Assembly: GCA_042090925.1 (NCBI GenBank)
Contig: JBELIL010000001.1
Location: 1-52,752 of the forward strand
Direction of reading: 5' to 3'
From: Flavobacteriales bacterium
GTDB lineage: Bacteria; Bacteroidota; Bacteroidia; Flavobacteriales; Flavobacteriaceae
Length of the DNA: 52,752 nucleotides
How positions within the stretch are numbered: position 1 is the first letter of the stretch; each line of letters starts with the position of its first letter. Both the position numbers and the translations under genes were made by a program. Under the pieces are notes generated by a model. That model saw nothing but the letters and a program-made list of their open reading frames with translations. It was not told the origin of the DNA and ran no database searches. Positions 46,410-52,752 of this stretch are shown here, one piece after another.

Positions 46410-47570
46410 TTGAATTCAAATAGACTAATTAAAAATTTAATTCTTTTAGCTTCATTTATAATTGTAATTTTTATCATTTGGAATACTAATATATTATTTC
46501 AATCGATGAAGAACGAAGAAAGAAAAAAAATGGAACTTTGGGCAAGAGCACAAAAAGAGCTTGCTCAGAACCCCAACCTAGAAAAAGATTTTGGAATTTT
46601 AGCTTTCGATATACTTCAAAAAATTGGGTCAACACCAGTCATACAGGTTGACAAAAAAGGAAAAATTATAGATTATAAAAATATTGAGAGTGATATAGAA
46701 GTTGACAAGGATTCAACTATGTTGTATTCTAAATTAGAAAAATTCAAAAGTGAAAACGCCCCTATTAAGGTTATATATAAAGATATAATTAATCAAACTT
46801 TATATTATGGTGACACCCCTCTTTTAAAAAAACTAAAAATATATCCGATAGCACTACTCCTTATTATTTTTATTTTCGCTTTTTTACTAATTTTTCTATT
46901 TCAAACAAATAAATACTCAGAACAAAACAAACTTTGGGTTGGTATGGCTAAAGAAACGGCTCATCAAATCAGTACACCCTTGACTTCATTAATGGGATGG
47001 GTTGAAGTTTTAAAAGAAAAAAAAATAAAAAAAGATTCTATCCTTGAAATTGAAAAAGATATAAATCGTCTTGAATTGATAGCAAACAGGTTTTCTAAAA
47101 TGGGAGCGTCTCCAAAATTGAAAAATGAAAATATAATTGATTTAATTTCTATGACAGTTGAATATCTAAGAAAGAGATCTGGAAATAAAGTTATTTGGAA
47201 TTGGAATCCTCCAAAAAAATCTCTTAGCATTCCAATGAATTCAACTCTTATTAGTTGGACTATTGAGAATATTGTAAAAAACGGCATAGACTCCATAAAA
47301 GGTGAAGGTGAAATAGAAATTGAATTAATTAATTTAAAGACATTGATTAGGATTTTAATTTCAGACAATGGAGTTGGGATACCAGAAAATGTTATTAATA
47401 AAGTCTTTAACCCAGGGTATACAACTAAAAAAGGTGGGTGGGGTCTAGGATTATCATTAGTTGAAAGGATAATTGTAAAATTTCATGAAGGGAAAGTAAT
47501 GATAAAGGAAACAAAGGTTGGAAAGGGTACAACATTCGAAATCTCCCTTAATAAAAAACTGAATCCTTAA
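46410..47570 (+). CDS. sensor histidine kinase (two TM helices, HisKA plus HATPase_c), no adjacent response regulator
   Basis: 386 aa, starting at TTG. H-box AHQISTPLTSLMGW, N-box IENIVKNGIDS, G1 DNGVGI, and G2 GGWGLGLS. Confidence 0.88.
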   Translation: MNSNRLIKNLILLASFIIVIFIIWNTNILFQSMKNEERKKMELWARAQKELAQNPNLEKDFGILAFDILQKIGSTPVIQVDKKGKIIDYKNIESDIEVDKDSTMLYSKLEKFKSENAPIKVIYKDIINQTLYYGDTPLLKKLKIYPIALLLIIFIFAFLLIFLFQTNKYSEQNKLWVGMAKETAHQISTPLTSLMGWVEVLKEKKIKKDSILEIEKDINRLELIANRFSKMGASPKLKNENIIDLISMTVEYLRKRSGNKVIWNWNPPKKSLSIPMNSTLISWTIENIVKNGIDSIKGEGEIEIELINLKTLIRILISDNGVGIPENVINKVFNPGYTTKKGGWGLGLSLVERIIVKFHEGKVMIKETKVGKGTTFEISLNKKLNP

Positions 47571-47943
47571 TTTTTTTTGCAATATTTTTCATCTCTTCTT
47601 CAGAAAAAGAAACTTTATGATTTAAATTTAGATCTTCCATTGAATTTATAGGGATTAGATGAATGTGTGTATGACTTATCTCTAATCCAACAACTGATAT
47701 AGCTACCCTAGAACAGTCAATAGCTTTTTTTATTCCGACAGCAACAACTCTAGCAAATTTCATCAAGTCCAGAAACTCTTTTTCAGACAAATCAAATATA
47801 TAATCGTTTTCTTTCTTTGGAATACACAACGTATGTCCTCTAGTATTAGGTCTTATATCAAGAAAGGCTAGATGATTTTTATCCTCAAGGATTTTAAAAC
47901 AGTTTAGCTCATTCTTTACTATTTTTGAAAAAATACTTGGCAA
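47548..47943 (-). CDS. HIT-family (histidine triad) nucleotide hydrolase/transferase
   Basis: 131 aa with the histidine triad HTHIHLIP. Overlaps the 3' end of the kinase gene by 23 nt, convergently. Confidence 0.9.
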   Translation of the reverse strand: MPSIFSKIVKNELNCFKILEDKNHLAFLDIRPNTRGHTLCIPKKENDYIFDLSEKEFLDLMKFARVVAVGIKKAIDCSRVAISVVGLEISHTHIHLIPINSMEDLNLNHKVSFSEEEMKNIAKKIKDSVFY

Positions 47944-47945
47944 AA

Positions 47946-48419
47946 TTATCTAGTGATTTTAAGTATTTCTAATTCAATTTTTCCACTTGGCACTAGAATA
48001 ATTGCTTTATCCCCCTCTTTTTTACCTAAAAGACCTTTTCCTATTGGGGAATTAACAGAAATTTTTCCTTTTGCCAAATCAGCCTCACTTTCAGCCACCA
48101 AAGTATATTTTATTGTTGAATTATTTGACAAATTTCTAACATCTACTGTTGATAAGACCAAAACTTTTGAATGGTCAATGTTAGATTCATTAATGATTCT
48201 GGCATTCGATAATGTTTCCTCTACCTTAGATATTCTTAATTCTAAAAGACCTTGAGCTTCCTTTGCAGCATCGTATTCAGCGTTTTCACTTAAATCACCT
48301 TTATCTCTAGCATCAGCAATTGCTTGTGATGCTTTGGGTCTCTCTATATCTTTTAGTTGATTAAGTTCTTCCCTGAGTTTTTTTAACCCCTCTTCTGTAT
48401 AATAAGATACTTTACTCAT
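47946..48419 (-). CDS. greA: transcription elongation factor GreA
   Basis: 157 aa. N-terminal coiled coil carrying the acidic tip (GDLSENAEYDAAKE), plus the C-terminal FKBP-like domain. Confidence 0.95.
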   Translation of the reverse strand: MSKVSYYTEEGLKKLREELNQLKDIERPKASQAIADARDKGDLSENAEYDAAKEAQGLLELRISKVEETLSNARIINESNIDHSKVLVLSTVDVRNLSNNSTIKYTLVAESEADLAKGKISVNSPIGKGLLGKKEGDKAIILVPSGKIELEILKITR

Positions 48420-48437
48420 GATTTAAACGTTAAGAAT

Positions 48438-48463
48438 AAAAAACCCTCCATTTATGGAAGGCT
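48438..48463 (-). terminator. intrinsic-terminator-like hairpin plus U6 at the 5' end of the greA leader
   Basis: Minus-strand RNA reads AGCCUUCCA-UAAA-UGGAGGGUU followed by further U residues. The stem pairs fully only on the minus strand, where the single irregular position is a G-U pair; on the plus strand it is a C-A mismatch. The hairpin lies 18 nt upstream of the greA AUG and just downstream of the -7 box. Confidence 0.45.
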
Positions 48464-48466
48464 ATA

Positions 48467-48474
48467 CAAATATA
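48467..48474 (-). promoter_or_regulatory. candidate -7 promoter box (TATATTTG) for greA
   Basis: Exact TAnnTTTG match on the minus strand. It predicts a transcription start at about 48463, the base of the leader hairpin. Confidence 0.4.
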
Positions 48475-48941
48475 TGAATTTGAGTTATATAGAAGCAAAT
48501 AGTTTTAAAAACCTAATTAAATTTACCATTTTAGCGATCTTCATATTTAATTCATGTAATAAAGATTCTGTAAACAGAAATCCTTTTCTTCCTGAATTAG
48601 ATTTCGAATTTTCAATTAATCTAAATCTTCCTCTTTACAACAACCTAAAATTTACTGGAGGAAGTGTGTTCATTAATGAATTTGGTCATCAGGGAATTAT
48701 ACTTTATAATCTAAACAATAATAATTATTTAGCTTGGGAAGCTAGTTGTCCAAATCATACACCTAATTCTTGTTCAAAGACAAAAAGCATAGGTAGTTTA
48801 ACCGAATGTGAATGTGAAAATTATCAATATAGCCTTGCTACTGGTCAATTACTTAATCCCTTACCAGATATGACTAATCAGTATCCCATGATTAATTATG
48901 GTGTTAGGGTTTCGGGTAATAATCTAATAATCTACAACTAA
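48474..48941 (+). CDS. small lipoprotein with a degenerate Rieske-like Cys motif, function unknown
   Basis: 155 aa. Lipobox IFNSC. CPNH...C-x12-CEC takes the place of a Rieske CxH...CxxH, and the second His ligand is missing. Confidence 0.5.
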   Translation: MNLSYIEANSFKNLIKFTILAIFIFNSCNKDSVNRNPFLPELDFEFSINLNLPLYNNLKFTGGSVFINEFGHQGIILYNLNNNNYLAWEASCPNHTPNSCSKTKSIGSLTECECENYQYSLATGQLLNPLPDMTNQYPMINYGVRVSGNNLIIYN

Positions 48942-51148
48942 AATCTTGTATTAATACCAACTAAAAAATTTCTATCCGCCTGAGGGTAATAACCCACACC
49001 TTCTATCGTTTTAATGTTGCCTGGCGTAGAATAGTCGTCATCAAATGTGTAAAAATAACCGTTAGATATGTACTTCAATCCAAAAACATTGTTGAATAGA
49101 ATTGTGAATTTAATATCTTTAAAAAAAAGAAAATTAACAGGTTGATATATTAAATTAAGGTCAGTTGTTGAATAGGAATTTAACTTTGAGATTTTAGAGT
49201 CAATATTTCCCATGTATTGCTCTCCAACATATTTTGTTAGAACTGAAATTAAAGTCTTCTCATTTAGTTTGTACTGAATCGCTGATGCTGCTACAATACT
49301 AGGAGAAAAGGATATGTTAGTATTGCCTATATTCTTTAAAACACCATCTCTTTTGAAATAAAAATCTATATTTTTATTTTCACTTAATGATAAATTTGGT
49401 GTCCATGATAGTTTGCTTGAAATCTTAAAGTTACTATCAAATTCTAATCCCAATCTATAACTGTCTCCTATGTTTTGTCTAATTGGAGACCCTACCTCAT
49501 CTATCTCACCAGACAAAACAAGCTGGTCTTTATATCTCATGTAATAGATGTTCATCGACCAATTAGATTTTCTTAATCCTAATTCAAAATTATTCAATTT
49601 TTCTGGAATTGGATTTCCATTTTCATAGTCTGTTCTGTTTGGTTCTCTGTGTGACTTTGCAAAAGAAAAATATAAATCGGCATTGCCCTTTAATCTATAA
49701 GTCATTCCTGCTTTGGGATTGAAAAAAGCAAAGTTGTCACTAATATTTATTGGAACAAAACCATTTAAAACCCCATCCACCTTGTAGTTTAATTTTCTAA
49801 TTTGTAAGTCAAGAAAGCCAGTAATTTTTTGAGAAATTTTTCTTGTAAACTTGCCATATATTGAGAATTCATTCTTTTCTGCCCTATTTCTATAAAATTC
49901 ATGGTTTGGACTTACTTGGCTTGAAAATCTTGACCACCTTAGTTTTCCAAAATGATCTCCATCATAGTTACTTGCTAAAAATCCAAAAGCCATTTTTAAA
50001 TTTCTACTGTTATATTGTAAATTACCAGTAATGACGTAATAATCATTATCAAGCCACTTTCTTGTTACGTTATCAGAACTTGAAATAATATCACTGTCAA
50101 AAACTAAGTTATCTAACCCAAGGTTTGAAAATGAGGTCATTCCGGAAAAAGAAAAGTTTTCATCTTTCCATTTATCATTATATTCCTCATAATAACCTCT
50201 ACCATATGTATAATTAACTCCTATTGAAGAAGATAGTTTATCATTAAGAATCTGATTCCAATGTATTTGTAGGTGATCTTGTTTGTAATTATCAACTTGG
50301 TTGTAATAAAAGTTTTCTAAATTTCCGCTTTCGTCGTAAATTTCTCCTGCTGAGTTATATCGTCTATTTTCACTAAGCATTTCCGCATCTATCCCCCAAT
50401 ATGCTTGATATGTTTTTTCATGACCACCAAAAATTAATGCTTTTATAAGTGTTCTTTTTTTTGAAAAAGAGGTTTGCAAAAAGTATGAATGTAAATCTGA
50501 AGATGCTCTTTCTATATATCCATCAGAAACTATCTTAGAAAATCTCCCAGAAATTTGAAAATTATCGTTTATTCCGCCAGTTGAAAACTTTACGGTATTT
50601 TTTAAAGTTGAAAAACTACCAAAACTATTTGAAATTTCTAAAAATTTTTCGTTTGAAATCCCGTCAGTTAGAATATTTAAACTTGCGCCAAACGCACTTG
50701 CCCCATTCGTAGAAGTTCCCACACCTCGTTGCAACTGTATATTTTCCACAGAAGAACTAAAGTCCGGTAAATTAACCCAGAAAGTTCCTTGAGATTCACT
50801 ATCATTATACGGAATACCATTAATCGTAACATTAACTCTTGTGGCGTCACTACCTCTAACCCTAATTCCAGTATAACCGATGCCTGCACCTGCATCTGAT
50901 GTTGTTACCACGGATGGTAAAAAGTTCAATAAAATAGGTAGATCTTGTCCTAGATTTCTTGGTTCCAAGTTACTCTTGTCGATATTTGAAAAACTAAATG
51001 GTTGTTCTTTTATAGCTCTCGTTGAGGTTACATTGATTTCCTCTAAAGATATAAGTTGAAAATTTAAAGAATCTTTTTCTTTTTCCTGAGAATAAAAATT
51101 ATAAAATAGAGGAATTAAGAACAATAGTGTTAGAAGCGTATTTCTCAT
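48938..51148 (-). CDS. TonB-dependent outer membrane receptor (TPP-riboswitch controlled, likely thiamine or thiamine-precursor uptake)
   Basis: 736 aa. Has a signal peptide, a plug domain (TTSDAGAGIGYTGIRVRG, NGIPYND, IQLQRG), a long beta-barrel, and a C-terminal aromatic residue (TRF). Confidence 0.9.
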   Translation of the reverse strand: MRNTLLTLLFLIPLFYNFYSQEKEKDSLNFQLISLEEINVTSTRAIKEQPFSFSNIDKSNLEPRNLGQDLPILLNFLPSVVTTSDAGAGIGYTGIRVRGSDATRVNVTINGIPYNDSESQGTFWVNLPDFSSSVENIQLQRGVGTSTNGASAFGASLNILTDGISNEKFLEISNSFGSFSTLKNTVKFSTGGINDNFQISGRFSKIVSDGYIERASSDLHSYFLQTSFSKKRTLIKALIFGGHEKTYQAYWGIDAEMLSENRRYNSAGEIYDESGNLENFYYNQVDNYKQDHLQIHWNQILNDKLSSSIGVNYTYGRGYYEEYNDKWKDENFSFSGMTSFSNLGLDNLVFDSDIISSSDNVTRKWLDNDYYVITGNLQYNSRNLKMAFGFLASNYDGDHFGKLRWSRFSSQVSPNHEFYRNRAEKNEFSIYGKFTRKISQKITGFLDLQIRKLNYKVDGVLNGFVPINISDNFAFFNPKAGMTYRLKGNADLYFSFAKSHREPNRTDYENGNPIPEKLNNFELGLRKSNWSMNIYYMRYKDQLVLSGEIDEVGSPIRQNIGDSYRLGLEFDSNFKISSKLSWTPNLSLSENKNIDFYFKRDGVLKNIGNTNISFSPSIVAASAIQYKLNEKTLISVLTKYVGEQYMGNIDSKISKLNSYSTTDLNLIYQPVNFLFFKDIKFTILFNNVFGLKYISNGYFYTFDDDYSTPGNIKTIEGVGYYPQADRNFLVGINTRF

Positions 51149-51164
51149 TATAAATAATTAATTG

Positions 51165-51257
51165 GGGAAATCTTTAAATACGCTGTATTCCTTGGCAGCA
51201 TTACCTGCCCAGGTTCTACGGGTATAATCTCAGCTTTTTAAAGCACCCCTTATTTCT
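51165..51257 (-). promoter_or_regulatory. TPP (THI-box) riboswitch
   Basis: Minus-strand RNA reads AAGGGGUGC-UUUAAAAAG-CUGAGA-UUAU-ACCC-GUAGAACCUG-GGCAGGUAAUGCUGCC-AAGGAA. It contains the invariant GGGGUGC, CUGAGA, ACCC and ACCUG elements, a P5 hairpin with the UAAUG loop, and a closing AGGAA, all in the canonical order and spacing. Confidence 0.9.
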
Positions 51258-51260
51258 ATT

Positions 51261-51268
51261 CAAAATTA
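51261..51268 (-). promoter_or_regulatory. candidate -7 promoter box (TAATTTTG) driving the riboswitch and receptor transcript
   Basis: Exact TAnnTTTG match on the minus strand, immediately upstream of the riboswitch 5' end and 17 nt downstream of the kinase gene stop. Confidence 0.45.
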
Positions 51269-51284
51269 GAAAAATAAATTCTAA

Positions 51285-51845
51285 TTATCGAAATATTTTA
51301 TCTAAAATTAAAATAGCTCTTTTTAATCTTTTCTCCTTATCACCACTAACAACAGAATACTTAATTTCATTAATATCTAACTGCTTTTTAAAATAATTAA
51401 ACATTTCTTCTCTATTATCTGGTCTATCTCTCAAATCATCTTTTACCCATGGAACACCAATATTGGTCAAAAAATAATAATCGTACCTAACTGACTTTAA
51501 AATATTTTTTATTTCTGTAGAACAATATCCTCTAAAATGTGTTTCGGACCATACTTTAGTAACCAAAACATTTGTGTCACAAAAAATAAATTTTCTAGAT
51601 TTTGATATCATTTTATTTTCCATTTTTATTTGACCTAAAGCAATATTTATCAAATCATCCAGGTTACATTTTTCCTTAGTCAAATCCCATTTTTTTTGAA
51701 GATATTCTCTAGCATATTCTGGCACCCAAATTGTTTTATAGTGATTAGCTAGATCAGAAGCAAGAGTTGTTTTCCCCGTACTTTCTGGTCCATAAATTAC
51801 AATTCTTTTACAGTTAGTTTTTTTTTGTTCAGTTCTTTTAGCCAT
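51285..51845 (-). CDS. P-loop kinase of the NadR ribosylnicotinamide-kinase (AAA_28) type
   Basis: 186 aa. Walker A GPESTGKTT followed by VPEYAREY, which is typical of NadR C-terminal kinase-like proteins. Overlaps the 3' end of the PnuC-like gene by 49 nt. Confidence 0.7.
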   Translation of the reverse strand: MAKRTEQKKTNCKRIVIYGPESTGKTTLASDLANHYKTIWVPEYAREYLQKKWDLTKEKCNLDDLINIALGQIKMENKMISKSRKFIFCDTNVLVTKVWSETHFRGYCSTEIKNILKSVRYDYYFLTNIGVPWVKDDLRDRPDNREEMFNYFKKQLDINEIKYSVVSGDKEKRLKRAILILDKIFR

Positions 51846-52414
51846 GTAAAAAATCCTAGAAGTGCAATGATAGTAAAAATAAGGTATTGGATCGAGGTGA
51901 AATAAAGACTTTTATAAATGTAAAGAGGTACAGATACGATATCTCCAATTATCCACAATATCCAATGTTCTATTTTTCTTCTAGCCATGAACCACATTGC
52001 AGAACAAAAAACAGCAGTTGTTAGCGTATCAATGGATGAGACATAACTTTCCTGCCAATTTGATATATTGTAAATAAATTTAACACTAATAAAGCTGAAT
52101 ATGAATATAATTATACCAAAAATTGATTCATTCAAATTCAACCTTGAAATATTATTTTGAAAATTTCCTTCATCTTTTCTACTCCAAAAAAACCACCCGT
52201 ATATACTCATTAAAAAAAAATATGTGTTGATAATTAAATCTCCTAAAAGCTGATTTTTGAATAAAATCCACACATAAATTAAAGTCGATATTATACCTGT
52301 TGGATAAACTAAAATTTTATTTTTTTTTGCAAACCAGACGCTTATAACCCCTAGAACAGCAGCAAAAAACTCAAGCCCTAAATCGAAGTTGATCTTTTCT
52401 AAAAAATAATTCAT
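51797..52414 (-). CDS. PnuC-family vitamin transporter (nicotinamide riboside PnuC or thiamine PnuT type)
   Basis: 205 aa and about 7 TM helices. Has the family-typical W-rich helices (VWFAKKNKILVYPTG, GWFFW, HWILWIIGDI). Confidence 0.75.
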   Translation of the reverse strand: MNYFLEKINFDLGLEFFAAVLGVISVWFAKKNKILVYPTGIISTLIYVWILFKNQLLGDLIINTYFFLMSIYGWFFWSRKDEGNFQNNISRLNLNESIFGIIIFIFSFISVKFIYNISNWQESYVSSIDTLTTAVFCSAMWFMARRKIEHWILWIIGDIVSVPLYIYKSLYFTSIQYLIFTIIALLGFFTWLKELNKKKLTVKEL

Positions 52415-52423
52415 AAACTAATT

Positions 52424-52684
52424 TTAATCAAACGGAATGTATTTACTCCTATCGGATTTAAATATTTTCAAGCTAATAATGCCGGAGTCGATTTCTTCAA
52501 AACTTTCTTGAATAGATTTTGTCAGGAAATACATAAGTGATGTATATTCTCCATAAATATGAGTGCTTAGTGGAGTTTCGTTATACTTGAAGCCTGATTT
52601 TCTTATTGACAAGATAAAGTTTTTTATTTTATCCTTATAGTCTTCTTCTAGTGGTGCTAAAGTAATTTCAACTGAAATTTTCAT
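52424..52684 (-). CDS. DUF77 / MTH1187-YkoF-family (thiamine/HMP-binding-like) small protein
   Basis: 86 aa. The ferredoxin-like pattern MKISVEITLAPL...GFKYNETPLSTHIYGE...SLKIFKSDR resembles the MTH1187/YkoF family. Assignment is from memory and was not searched. Confidence 0.5.
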   Translation of the reverse strand: MKISVEITLAPLEEDYKDKIKNFILSIRKSGFKYNETPLSTHIYGEYTSLMYFLTKSIQESFEEIDSGIISLKIFKSDRSKYIPFD

Positions 52685-52712
52685 AAATACGACAATGTTA
52701 ATTGATGATTTT

Positions 52713-52720
52713 CAAAATTA
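52713..52720 (-). promoter_or_regulatory. candidate -7 promoter box (TAATTTTG) for the DUF77-pnuC-kinase unit
   Basis: Exact TAnnTTTG match on the minus strand, 28 nt upstream of the ATG at 52684. Confidence 0.3.
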
Positions 52721-52752
52721 CTGAAATGTAAATTAATTGGAATTATTTTATC

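Noticed and set aside
126-50895. About 30 short ORFs of 60-134 aa in the supplied track lie antisense to, or out of frame within, longer well-supported genes. Examples are 126-431, 5651-5938, 13368-13667, 22010-22369, 24801-25085, 35216-35512, 45989-46231, 46964-47368, 47953-48255 and 50677-50895.
   Set aside because: Each is fully embedded in a gene with clear family motifs. Their translations are low-complexity or dominated by Ser, Leu, Phe and Ile, as expected for shadow frames in AT-rich DNA. None has a recognisable motif or its own promoter spacer.
1-52752. I looked for CRISPR arrays, tRNA/rRNA/tmRNA genes, insertion sequences, integrases, toxin-antitoxin pairs and known defence-system genes.
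   Set aside because: No non-coding gap exceeds about 145 nt, and none contains spaced direct repeats or a cloverleaf-like sequence. Every long ORF has a housekeeping, transport or metabolic assignment or is a secreted repeat protein. By eye, nothing here resembles a mobile element or a defence island.
52685-52752. A second TPP riboswitch might lie upstream of the DUF77-pnuC-kinase unit.
   Set aside because: The 68 nt available contain none of the GGGGUGC, CUGAGA or ACCCUG elements on either strand. A THI box further upstream, outside the window, cannot be excluded.

Overview
This 52.7-kb window is visibly AT-rich and almost gap-free. It looks like chromosomal DNA from a streamlined member of the Bacteroidota, most likely a marine-type Flavobacteriia. 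The supporting signs are Bacteroidota-typical families (DUF2480, DUF3127, DUF1080, choice-of-anchor B), a fused rplM-rpsI-rpsB-tsf operon, no Shine-Dalgarno sequences, and TAnnTTTG -7 promoter boxes in most divergent spacers. I support about 57 protein-coding genes. I found no rRNA, tRNA, CRISPR array, transposase or integrase; no non-coding gap exceeds about 145 nt. Housekeeping content includes hflX, lpxH, yicC-gmk-nadD, a complete suf Fe-S operon, thiL, aspS, a cold-shock protein, tadA, polA, ribosomal proteins with EF-Ts, and greA. Six less ordinary regions stand out. (1) 6.4-14.5 kb holds a GMC flavoprotein with a Tat hitch-hiker subunit, an abutting azurin, two TIM-barrel proteins, a Gfo/Idh/MocA dehydrogenase, an MFS permease and a DUF1080 lipoprotein. 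It contains no glycoside hydrolase and is a candidate oxidative (3-keto) glycoside pathway of unassigned function. (2) 24.2-26.9 kb holds two translationally coupled beta-propeller lipoproteins of unknown function. (3) 31.0-37.7 kb holds a TetR-controlled TolC/MFP/RND efflux operon whose permease carries an extra two-helix insertion. (4) 48.9-52.7 kb holds a vitamin-uptake locus: a clear TPP riboswitch in front of a TonB-dependent receptor, preceded by a DUF77/YkoF-like, PnuC-like and NadR-type kinase operon. In that operon the transporter and kinase genes overlap by 49 nt across an A9 slippery run. (5) rplM appears to need a non-ATG/GTG/TTG start codon. (6) The greA leader has a terminator-like hairpin. 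All nine convergent gene junctions are 4 nt or less apart, or overlap. All functional calls come from motif and family recognition by eye; no database search was run.
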